The translations under genes and the position numbers were made by a program. From NCBI GenBank assembly GCA_037143235.1, contig JBAWZC010000001.1, positions 65,132 to 129,131 on the forward strand: 64,000 nucleotides of DNA, written 5' to 3'. The notes below the pieces were generated by a model. That model worked only from the letters and a program-made list of their open reading frames with translations. It had not been told where the DNA came from and made no database searches. The DNA comes from Candidatus Berkelbacteria bacterium. Its GTDB lineage: Bacteria > Patescibacteriota > UBA1384 > XYA2-FULL-43-10 > 1-14-0-10-43-13. How positions within the stretch are numbered: the stretch's first letter is position 1; each line of letters starts with the position of its first letter. This document shows, piece by piece, positions 19,839 to 28,173 of this stretch.

Positions 19839-21530
19839 TTACTTTTTGTAGTCAAACCTCACATCAATCCGATTGGCGCGCAAAGGCATAAAAGGCATGA
19901 ATGATGGAGAGACAGCTACTTTGGCACTCTCCACACCCTCCATCTTCGAAATTGCTACTTCGGCTGTTATCTTTTTCTTGAAGATAGACTTATCGACAAT
20001 CGTCTTTGCAGCAATTTTTTGACCAGATTGCCCGAGAAAATCAACATCAAGTTTGAGCAATCCCGCAGCTGCATCATTTGACAGCACAGTATAATTGGTT
20101 GTAGCCGCTTCGGGATTGATAATCGTTTTTGAACTTCCCAAATCAGCGGTGGCCAAACTCATCGCAAAATCGTATAAATTTTGTTCAGCAAAACCGAGAA
20201 CAGTCAGCTTGCCGCTGCCAACAGCATCAAATTGGTCTGCCTCGTCATCAGCTTTTTTATTAAACTGGACACTAGTTAATTCGAAGGCAACAGAAGTATC
20301 AATCACCTTTACGCCCTCTTTGGTCGCTTTATCCAATATTTCTGGCTTGCCTTCGGTCAACATCGCATCCTTTATCGCAACATTAGCCTTCTCAATATCC
20401 TCTGCGGTCACGACTTTCACTTCCTTGTCTGTACCACCAGCGGTACTTCCTTTGGCCGAAATCGTACTTGGTTTTCCGGCAACCACAAAGACAGAACCAT
20501 CAGAAAAGTTACCAGCCACACCGCCGGCGACAGCCGTGACTGATCCCTGTATTGTGCCAGCAATAGGCAAACCATTAGAACCGAGTGTGCCCTTCGGAAC
20601 AATGATAGTTTTGTCGACCGTAAAACTAACTTGACCGCTTGTAACCGTAGATCCAGCATTGATCTGTTGATTGTCAACACCATTTGTATTCGAAAATGTC
20701 AGTGTTCCCTTGGCCTTTTCACCATTATTTTTTGTGCCAGTCGCAGGATAAGTTTTGGTCAAGCTTTTATCAAGTAGGACGACGACACCAGGCAAGATAG
20801 CCTTAGCGCTATCGAGAACAGTCGCATTTTTATCGACCACAATCTGGAATTTTTGTTTATACTCAACTGTTTTCATGGTTACAGCAACTGTCGCCGACGG
20901 AATGTAAATAGCCCAAGCGATCAGAGCCAAAAAAACCAGACCGACGAGCCCCATATTCACATATTTTCTGTATTTCGAATTATTCATATCCTTACCTCGC
21001 AATTCTTTAGGTAATTGTCGGTGCAAATAATTTGTATCCTTGCTGTGATCATCAGTAGCGGCTGCCAAGGGTAATGCCTCGCCATCACTAATCTTAATTT
21101 TTCGAACTTTGATCTTGTCTTCAACTTCGACAGACTCATCAGTACCAGTCATTAAGTCAACATCATCATTTACCAGTCTCTCACTTTCGTTCTGGTAATT
21201 ATGAACGCGAAAATTTGGTCGGCTATCAGCCGCAATTGCCTCGGCCGCTGGAGACCAATCAGCATTTTTAACTTCATCAATACTATCAAATGATTCAATG
21301 CCGAGCTGACCAGATAAATTCCTTGTAACGCTGTCGGAAGTAACTATACAAATGCGTTTGTGCGATTCCTTTGCTGCCCGCAGCAATAATTTTAAGTTAA
21401 TCACACTTTGAGCCAATGTCGAATTTCTTGGAATAACGAAAATAAGCTGCTTTTCCTCAGCTTTTTTGAGCTTATCGATAACCTCAGTTATCTCTTCGTT
21501 GATTTCCAAATAAATCGTTTTATTCATCAT
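19839..21530 (-). CDS. hypothetical bitopic membrane protein (cytoplasmic N-domain, single TM, Thr/Gly/Val-rich extracellular C-domain)
   Basis: 563 aa; TM MGLVGLVFLALIAWAIYIPSA near residue 200; directly downstream of ftsA. Confidence 0.6.
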   Translation of the reverse strand: MMNKTIYLEINEEITEVIDKLKKAEEKQLIFVIPRNSTLAQSVINLKLLLRAAKESHKRICIVTSDSVTRNLSGQLGIESFDSIDEVKNADWSPAAEAIAADSRPNFRVHNYQNESERLVNDDVDLMTGTDESVEVEDKIKVRKIKISDGEALPLAAATDDHSKDTNYLHRQLPKELRGKDMNNSKYRKYVNMGLVGLVFLALIAWAIYIPSATVAVTMKTVEYKQKFQIVVDKNATVLDSAKAILPGVVVLLDKSLTKTYPATGTKNNGEKAKGTLTFSNTNGVDNQQINAGSTVTSGQVSFTVDKTIIVPKGTLGSNGLPIAGTIQGSVTAVAGGVAGNFSDGSVFVVAGKPSTISAKGSTAGGTDKEVKVVTAEDIEKANVAIKDAMLTEGKPEILDKATKEGVKVIDTSVAFELTSVQFNKKADDEADQFDAVGSGKLTVLGFAEQNLYDFAMSLATADLGSSKTIINPEAATTNYTVLSNDAAAGLLKLDVDFLGQSGQKIAAKTIVDKSIFKKKITAEVAISKMEGVESAKVAVSPSFMPFMPLRANRIDVRFDYKK

Positions 21531-21616
21531 TTTATTAAATTATTTCATCAATCTGTTTAAATCAGTAATCTGTGTGGAATTGTAATCGGTATAGTACTGT
21601 AATCTGTGTTGCGCAT

Positions 21617-22870
21617 TCATCTTCGTAGTCCGTCGGTAATCTTATCCATTATACTACCAACCACACCTTCTTCACCAGCCAAATCAATCGCCAGATTGGC
21701 CAACCCCATCGGCGTGATATCCTGTGCACCAGAGAGCTTGCCAACCTCATCGACGACAGTTGAAACATGTTCAGGCGAGACAAAATCAATCTTCGGATGC
21801 TTGGCAAAAGGCAATCGCTTGCTCCACTCCCTCTTCTCCAGATAATCTTTTATCTCTGGCAGGAGTGATCCGCCGCCACACAACATAATTTTGGATGGCA
21901 ACAAATCAACTTGATTGAACTCTTCGAGAGCAAGTTCAACTCCAGAGAGCCAAACGTCAGAGACATTTTCCAAAGCATCGCTAACTTTTTTTTGCTCTTT
22001 TTCGTCTTCGATCTCGCCCTGAGAATATTTCAGTTTCAATCTTTCGGCGTCGGCAAAAGTCAACTCCAAAGCGTCAGCAATGGCTTTGGTAAAAACTCGT
22101 CCGCCAATTGCGAACATCTTTGTACCATCCAGTCCGCCAGACCGAACCACAGCGATATCGGTCGTACCACCACCAATATCAATAAAAATAGAGGAAAAAT
22201 CTGCCGAGTCGTCCATCCCCACGCACCGAGCGACGGCATATGGCTCGGCCGCCACTGCCAATAAATCAAGACCGAGATTTTCTGCTACTGTTTGCAAAGC
22301 AGATAGATGCAATACAGGCGCAAACGAGTTGTAAATACCAACCTCGACATCTTTGCCCTGAAAACCAACTGGGTTATTGACCTTAAAACCATCGATCTTC
22401 ACATCGACAATCGCCGAATTGACCAACTTCACATTTGGCTCTTCCTGCCCCGTCTCCCACGCCAAGTCGGCGCGTGTTTTTTCAAATGATTTCTCCTGAA
22501 CCTGACCAATAATATTTTTGAGTTCTTCTAGTGTGATATTTTTATCCGGATCAGCTCGATGATAATGAACGGTCGTGGTCGCACCTTTAACTAATTCGCC
22601 AGCAATCCCGATGACACACTGCTCTGGTGCCACGCCAGCCATCTGAAAGGCCTGCTCAAGCGCTTTTTCACAATTCGCCGACACTCCAGCAATATCAGTC
22701 ACATGCCCACCCTGCATGTCAGTCAGACCTTGTCGCTGTTTGCCCACACCAACCACAAACGCTTTGTTATCTTCCAAACGAAAAACTAGCACCTTAACAA
22801 ACTCGGTACCAATATCTAGAGCAATCGCATAATGTTTCTTATTTTTTCCCCAGCCGAACAAGTTCACCAC
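21617..22870 (-). CDS. ftsA: cell division protein FtsA (actin-like ATPase)
   Basis: IALDIGTEFVKV..., FIDIGGGTTDIAVV, C-terminal amphipathic tail; PilM not excluded. Confidence 0.75.
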   Translation of the reverse strand: MVNLFGWGKNKKHYAIALDIGTEFVKVLVFRLEDNKAFVVGVGKQRQGLTDMQGGHVTDIAGVSANCEKALEQAFQMAGVAPEQCVIGIAGELVKGATTTVHYHRADPDKNITLEELKNIIGQVQEKSFEKTRADLAWETGQEEPNVKLVNSAIVDVKIDGFKVNNPVGFQGKDVEVGIYNSFAPVLHLSALQTVAENLGLDLLAVAAEPYAVARCVGMDDSADFSSIFIDIGGGTTDIAVVRSGGLDGTKMFAIGGRVFTKAIADALELTFADAERLKLKYSQGEIEDEKEQKKVSDALENVSDVWLSGVELALEEFNQVDLLPSKIMLCGGGSLLPEIKDYLEKREWSKRLPFAKHPKIDFVSPEHVSTVVDEVGKLSGAQDITPMGLANLAIDLAGEEGVVGSIMDKITDGLRR

Positions 22871-22933
22871 TCCCTCACTTTCAGTATCTAAAATCTATAT
22901 TGCATTACAATATCATTGTATCACAATCGTCCT

Positions 22934-24826
22934 CTAAGATAATACTGCCTTGATACGCCGTACCCCTGCACTCGAGCTCTCTTCTTTCAAAATCTTGAAA
23001 TGACCAAGCTCACCAGTTCTGTTGGCATGGGGACCGCCACAAATCTCCTTAGAAAAATCATCGACGGTATAAACTTTAACTTTGTCGCCATATTTGGCGT
23101 CAAATACACCCATAGCACCCTGTCCTTTAGCTTCATCCACACTCATCTCTGCCATCTCTACAGGCAGGTCTTTCTCAATTTGTGCGTTCACTAGAGCTTC
23201 GACCTGTTTAATTTGTTCGACAGTCATTTTTTCAGGATAAGAAAAGTCAAATCTGAGTCTTTCTGGCGTGATGTTTGATCCTTTTTGGTAGACATTCTCA
23301 CCCAAAACGAACCGTAAAGCAGCCAACATCAAGTGAGCAGCGGTATGCAACTTCGTTGTTTCTTCTCCAGCATCGGCCAGACCACCCTTGAACATCCCCG
23401 CGGAAGCCGTACGAGACAAATCTTGGTGATTCCTTAGCATCACTTCAAAAGTTTTTCTGGTATTATTTTCTATGGGGATATTTAATCGTGTTGCCTCCTC
23501 TGCACTCAATTCATAAGGAAATCCAAAAGACTGATATAAATTGAAAAATTCTTCAGCAGTAAATTCTACTTTTTTCCACTCTTCTTCATTGCTCTTTGTC
23601 TTCATGGCGGCAATAATTTTAAACTGAAGCAGCCCTCTTGTAAGTGTTCCTCTAAATTTCTCCTCTTCTTTTTCCAACTCGAAGAGAATCATTTTTTGTT
23701 TGTCATCATTTGCTGTCATCTCGAGCGAAGTCGAGAGATCTTTTTCTGTAGATTTCTCCACCCTCTCTTCGAGTGGAGTCGAAATGACAGACCCAAAATA
23801 AACTCCGTTGTAAATCTCGAAAACTTTGCGAGCAACCTTGGCGGTAAAATTCTGTTCAATCCCCAGCTGTTGCCCCTTCACAATCGCCCGCCTGATCAAA
23901 CGACGCAAAACATAGCCTCTATCCTTATTTGAGGGCACGACCCCATCATTGATCATAAATGTGGCAGCTCGAATGTGATCAGCAATTACACGAAAAGATC
24001 TCTCGACTTCACTCGAGATGACAGAGGAAGAGCTATATTTTTTACCAGAAATACTTTCAATTTCTCCCAAAATAACCTCGAATAGATCAGTTTCGTAAAC
24101 ATTATCTCTCCCTTCGAGGTATGCCAGTAAACGCTCTAACCCACCACCAAAATCGACATTTTTTTGTTTCAAAACTTCCAGAGTACCATCAATGTTCTTA
24201 TTAAATTGCATAAAAACATTATTGCCGATTTCTACCCACTTCTTGTCGGCTGGATCATATTTCAGAGGGGCATCCCCTTCACCTGTCCAAACAAATATTT
24301 CGGTATCATGGCCACACGGACCGGTGACACCAGCAGGACCCCACCAGTTGTCTTCATAACCCAAAAACGCAATTCTCTCATCGGGGATACCGAGAGATCG
24401 CCAAATACCCGCAGCCTCCTCGTCCTTAGCAAGATCATTTGCAGAGTCACCCTGAAAACAAGTAACAGCCAGATTCTTCCGATCGATCAAAAGTTCTACC
24501 GTCAAAAATTCATAGATATTTTTGATCGCTTCTTCTTTGAAGTAATCCCCGAGTGACCAATAACCAAGCATCTCAAAAAATGTGCAATGAGTTTTGTCTC
24601 CAACCTCGTCAATATCACCCGTCCTGATGCATTTCTGAACATTACAAAGCCTCTTGCCCGCCGGATGGCCTTCCCCCATCAGATATGGCACCAGAGGGTG
24701 CATACCAGCAGTCGTAAAGAGCACTGTCGGGTCATTTTCTGGCACCAAAGAAGCAGAAGGCACCACTTGGTGCCCCTTTTCTTTGAAGAAATTGATAAAT
24801 TTTTGTCGTAGTTTTATAGAAGTCAT
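22934..24826 (-). CDS. alaS: alanyl-tRNA synthetase (short form: catalytic + editing domains, no C-Ala domain)
   Basis: N-term MTSIKLRQKFINFFKEKGHQVVPSASLVP..TTAGM; editing HxxxH (HTAAHLMLAAL), CGGPH; only 630 aa. Confidence 0.88.
   Translation of the reverse strand: MTSIKLRQKFINFFKEKGHQVVPSASLVPENDPTVLFTTAGMHPLVPYLMGEGHPAGKRLCNVQKCIRTGDIDEVGDKTHCTFFEMLGYWSLGDYFKEEAIKNIYEFLTVELLIDRKNLAVTCFQGDSANDLAKDEEAAGIWRSLGIPDERIAFLGYEDNWWGPAGVTGPCGHDTEIFVWTGEGDAPLKYDPADKKWVEIGNNVFMQFNKNIDGTLEVLKQKNVDFGGGLERLLAYLEGRDNVYETDLFEVILGEIESISGKKYSSSSVISSEVERSFRVIADHIRAATFMINDGVVPSNKDRGYVLRRLIRRAIVKGQQLGIEQNFTAKVARKVFEIYNGVYFGSVISTPLEERVEKSTEKDLSTSLEMTANDDKQKMILFELEKEEEKFRGTLTRGLLQFKIIAAMKTKSNEEEWKKVEFTAEEFFNLYQSFGFPYELSAEEATRLNIPIENNTRKTFEVMLRNHQDLSRTASAGMFKGGLADAGEETTKLHTAAHLMLAALRFVLGENVYQKGSNITPERLRFDFSYPEKMTVEQIKQVEALVNAQIEKDLPVEMAEMSVDEAKGQGAMGVFDAKYGDKVKVYTVDDFSKEICGGPHANRTGELGHFKILKEESSSAGVRRIKAVLS
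23701..23789. repeat. TGTCAT-hairpin mini-element (inverted pair) inserted in-frame inside alaS
   Basis: TGTCATCTCGAGCGAAGTCGAGAGATC ... CTCTCTTCGAGTGGAGTCGAAATGACA; encodes linker peptide ...VISTPLEERVEKSTEKDLSTSLEMT... Confidence 0.7.
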
Positions 24827-24980
24827 AAATGATACATTTATTTATTCATTTAGCCATTTAGTCATTTAATCATTTATTGAATATTTGATTATTGGTTATT
24901 AACTGATTATTGTCTCTTGGTTATTGTTTCTTGTCTGTTTAGGTCAATTAGAATAATTAAAGCAATTAGATTAATTCTAC
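24827..24980. repeat. ~150-nt intergenic repeat family copy (catttagYcatttaatcat...ttggttattaactgattattgtctcttggttattgt...ttaggtcaattagaataatta..attagattaattcta)
   Basis: Homologous copies at 19472-19838 (interrupted by R1/R2), 48900-49030, 37681-37850 (inverted) and partial at 380-425. Confidence 0.8.
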
Positions 24981-25664
24981 TTATTTCTTGAGATCCAGTC
25001 CACCAAATATAGTATCAAAAATTCTCATCCATACAAGTCCCTTAACATCAGCCACAGAGTTTTCCTGCGGAGTCACGATATTGACCGTAGGAACAAGGCC
25101 AAGCTCCTTGGGATACATCGTCTCATAAACCTTCATATAGTTTTTTACTCTACGAACATAACTGACGGTTTCACTCTTACTGTTGCTACCGATGATCTTC
25201 TCAAAAATATTTCTCGACACCCAGCCATCAACAGTTCCGCCTCCGGCGTTGTATGCTGCCAGCGCTTTATCGAAATCGCCATTGTATTTTACCAACATAT
25301 CGTGAAGATGAGCTGCGCCGAACTCAATCGATGTTTCAGGATCAAAGATGTTGTAGTTAGGATACCTACCAGTCTCTTTGGCCATCGTCTTGGCAGTACT
25401 CGGCATAAATTGCATAATACCCTGAGCCCCAGCCCCCGACTTTGCATTTGGATTGAAACGACTTTCTTGTAAGATCACTGCTGCGACTAATGCAGGTGAT
25501 ACATCCCACTTATTTGAATATTTGACGATCAAATCCTCATATTTAAGTGGGTATACTTCATCAGCCAACATTCCCGGCAACCAAAAATAGCCCCCTATTA
25601 AAAAGGCAAAAGCAATTCCCAAAAATATAAATAATTTTATTTGCTTGCGCTTCTTTGTCATCAT
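24981..25664 (-). CDS. lytic transglycosylase (SLT domain) with N-terminal TM anchor
   Basis: VILQESRFNPNAKSGAGAQGIMQFMPSTAK catalytic motif (ES...GLMQ-like). Confidence 0.8.
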   Translation of the reverse strand: MMTKKRKQIKLFIFLGIAFAFLIGGYFWLPGMLADEVYPLKYEDLIVKYSNKWDVSPALVAAVILQESRFNPNAKSGAGAQGIMQFMPSTAKTMAKETGRYPNYNIFDPETSIEFGAAHLHDMLVKYNGDFDKALAAYNAGGGTVDGWVSRNIFEKIIGSNSKSETVSYVRRVKNYMKVYETMYPKELGLVPTVNIVTPQENSVADVKGLVWMRIFDTIFGGLDLKK

Positions 25665-25713
25665 CTAAATTATAACACAAAAGATATTTCAAAGTAAAAA
25701 TGATTGGGATTAC

Positions 25714-25742
25714 ACCCCCTCCTACCTCAGGGAGGGGGTGCC
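25714..25742. terminator. GC-rich hairpin (cccctcctacctcagggagggggtg)
   Basis: Perfect 9-bp GC stem in AT-rich context at 3' end of 25722-26099 ORF. Confidence 0.55.
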
Positions 25743-26099
25743 GATTTGTAGCAATGACAGGATTTGTTGCGCCACTGGCGCAATCTTGATCGTGGCATCG
25801 ACCCGGCATAAGCAAGAAATCTTGTCGGGGTCAGCTTCAATTCTGATTTGGTAAATTGAAGCAACCAAATCACCGAAGATTGACTCATCATTAGCCATCT
25901 TCCTTCCGATCAGGAACGAATGGTTAATCGAACGTGCGATCTTCGCATTCAAAAACAAAATTTCATTCGTCCCAGATGGCTTTACGCCACCAAAACAAGT
26001 CAATACTTGCCTGTCTTTTGCCTCCACTAGGTGGAGATAAATCAGGCCATCATAAACAACGACGCCATAAACACCGTGATACACTGTTCGTATCTCCAC
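25722..26099 (-). CDS. hypothetical protein (125 aa)
   Basis: ORF only; upstream neighbour of the heliorhodopsin gene, same strand. Confidence 0.45.
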   Translation of the reverse strand: MEIRTVYHGVYGVVVYDGLIYLHLVEAKDRQVLTCFGGVKPSGTNEILFLNAKIARSINHSFLIGRKMANDESIFGDLVASIYQIRIEADPDKISCLCRVDATIKIAPVAQQILSLLQIGTPSLR

Positions 26100-26193
26100 T
26101 CTACACCTCCTTTATTTTGTCCCTTGATCGGACAAAATACGACCAGACGACACTATGAAATCGTCCCACTTCACAATATCCAACTTTCTCTAA

Positions 26194-26952
26194 CTATGGT
26201 CTCAAAGTGCCGGCAAAAACCTGCCAAGCCAAAAGTGATTTCGCTACGAGAGACAAGACGATATAGACCCACTCACCGTAGATATAATTCTTCCATTTGC
26301 CAACCTTTTTGTACTGCAAAACTTGGTTGACCGCGAAAATATTGAAGAAGACAAACATAGAAAAGAAAATCCAATAGACAAATGTTGGCGGGTTGCTGAC
26401 ACTACCAGGACTCCACAAATACAAACCGATTGCCAACCATGGGGCGATACCAGCGATACAACCGAAAATAAACGCTGTCCAATTGGTCTTTTGCGTCGAC
26501 TGATTGTGCAGCTCCATCATCCAACCAAAGAGAATCATCGAAACATTGGCAAAGAAAATACCGATCAAGGCCGCGCTATCTGTAATTCCAACCAATTCAG
26601 AGATAACAAGGATCATTACCGACGAACTGAAGGCATACTCGATCCAACGAGCATAGTTTGCACCTTTGGCCAAATTTTTATTGTACCAACCATTAATACC
26701 TGGCAAGGAAATCAACAAATGAGCCAGAGAAGACATAAATAAAAATGTTGCAATCATCGGTGCCAACGGAACCTCAAACCAAGTCTTGGGATCAGGCACC
26801 AGGGTTTGCGTTGCTGGATTGAACTTCAAAAAAGAATTTACAACTGGTACTTTCATATCTGTAGACAGTACCATCATCGCTACGCCCTGCACAAAATGCA
26901 GACAGGACATAAAAATATTAAACTTCCGCAAGCGCACGAACTCTTTTTCCAC
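26194..26952 (-). CDS. heliorhodopsin (7-TM retinal protein with inverted topology)
   Basis: 252 aa; near-colinear with prototype HeR 48C12: RWIEYAFSSSVMILVI, NVSMILFGW, FGCIAGIAPW, FFNIFA..QYKKVGKWKNY..GEWVYIVLSLVAKSLLAWQVFAGTL (Schiff-base Lys in SLVAK). Confidence 0.85.
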   Translation of the reverse strand: MEKEFVRLRKFNIFMSCLHFVQGVAMMVLSTDMKVPVVNSFLKFNPATQTLVPDPKTWFEVPLAPMIATFLFMSSLAHLLISLPGINGWYNKNLAKGANYARWIEYAFSSSVMILVISELVGITDSAALIGIFFANVSMILFGWMMELHNQSTQKTNWTAFIFGCIAGIAPWLAIGLYLWSPGSVSNPPTFVYWIFFSMFVFFNIFAVNQVLQYKKVGKWKNYIYGEWVYIVLSLVAKSLLAWQVFAGTLRP

Positions 26953-26989
26953 TTGGACTCCTTTGATTAAAAAGTAATTAATTATTGTT

Positions 26990-27607
26990 TTATCTGCTTA
27001 TACAGGTACCGACAACTGGATATTTCGTAATAGCCGAAAGGGCATGTCTGGTAAAAAAATCATTTGTCAGATCTTGCCCGGCAGCGTGTCCGTAATGATA
27101 ACCATTTTTGAAAACAGAAGAGAGATCGTAAACAGTCCCATTGACGGCCAGATAAGCCGCTACGCCGTTTTTACCATTATACTGCGCCAATTGAGACGCT
27201 GTAAATGTTCGCGTGGTGCTAGAACTTGATATTTGAGATGTTGAAGAAGTCGATGTGTCAGAGGCAACACTGACGACCTGACCACCCTCCTCACTCTCTC
27301 CTTTGCCATAATACCGGTCAACATAAACAAAACCGATGACAAAAGTCATGTATACCAACAATAAAACTATTTTGGAGAATATATTCCAAAAGGACCACCG
27401 CTTCAATGCCAGATGAATAGCAAAAGAAGTATGAATAACGAAAGAAATCAACAGCATGTAAGTCAAAATATTGTTATGAATCGTCGTCGCCCACGAAGCA
27501 TCTATGATCCCCTTCGTCATACCATAACCGCTTATAATATAAAGAAAGAGTGTGATCAACAACACCCAAGCCGCGATGCGATCAAGTTTAATTAACATTT
27601 TCATCAT
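26990..27607 (-). CDS. membrane protein with C-terminal cytochrome b5-like heme/steroid-binding domain
   Basis: 3-4 N-terminal TMs, Ser/Thr linker, then LAQYNGKNGVAAYLAVNGTVYDLS...GYHYGHAAGQDLT (cyt-b5-like fold). Confidence 0.6.
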   Translation of the reverse strand: MMKMLIKLDRIAAWVLLITLFLYIISGYGMTKGIIDASWATTIHNNILTYMLLISFVIHTSFAIHLALKRWSFWNIFSKIVLLLVYMTFVIGFVYVDRYYGKGESEEGGQVVSVASDTSTSSTSQISSSSTTRTFTASQLAQYNGKNGVAAYLAVNGTVYDLSSVFKNGYHYGHAAGQDLTNDFFTRHALSAITKYPVVGTCISR

Positions 27608-27614
27608 AATATGA

Positions 27615-27700
27615 AAACTCCTCAGCTTCTCAGTTTGTCAACTTTCTAACTTATCAGCTTAAACACTTACTGGCTTATCAGCTTAAACTCTTACCAGTTT
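27615..27700. repeat. intergenic repeat family 'AGCTTAAACACTTACTAGCTTATCAGCTT' (tandem units)
   Basis: Similar arrays at 28085-28175 and 50560-50655. Confidence 0.75.
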
Positions 27701-27708
27701 ACTCGCTT

Positions 27709-28057
27709 CTGTCATCTCGAGCCCCCCCCTTTTTTTTGTCATCTCGAGCTTGTCGAGAGATCTTTCAACTCTGGATTCATCTCACAAATCAGAGCTAATT
27801 TCTTTGACCGACTCCATCTTTTTAACTGTTTTTCTCTTTCTAATATTACTTTAACATCATTTGATAATTCGAAATATACTAATTTATGGCATCTGTATTT
27901 CTTTGTAAATCCATCGACTAAATTGTTCTTATGCTCATATACTCTTCGGACAAGATCATTGGTCATGCCGATATACAACACATTACTAAAACTGGCCACA
28001 ATATAAACATAATATGTTTTATCTTGCATAAGATTTCTCCACAAGGTCGAAATGACA
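27709..28057 (-). mobile_element. mini mobile element: GIY-YIG endonuclease gene bracketed by inverted TGTCAT-hairpin repeats (27737-27762 and 28032-28057)
   Basis: TGTCATCTCGAGCTTGTCGAGAGATC on the 3' side and its relative GATTTCTCCACAAGGTCGAAATGACA (inverted) immediately 5' of the ORF start; solo half-copy plus poly(C)/poly(T) at 27709-27737. Confidence 0.6.
27739..28029 (-). CDS. GIY-YIG homing endonuclease-like protein
   Basis: Start MQDKTYYVYIVAS...LYIGMTNDLVRRVYEH (GIY..YIG, R, E motif); ORF-track N-extension is repeat-derived. Confidence 0.8.
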   Translation of the reverse strand: MQDKTYYVYIVASFSNVLYIGMTNDLVRRVYEHKNNLVDGFTKKYRCHKLVYFELSNDVKVILEREKQLKRWSRSKKLALICEMNPELKDLSTSSR

Positions 28058-28173
28058 GGAGTGTGATGGTCCAAACAACAGAAAAACCGGATGAAACGAC
28101 ACTGATTCAGCTAACTGGCTTTCTGGTATAAACAATTATTAGCTTAAACACTTACTAGCTTATCAGCTTGTTT

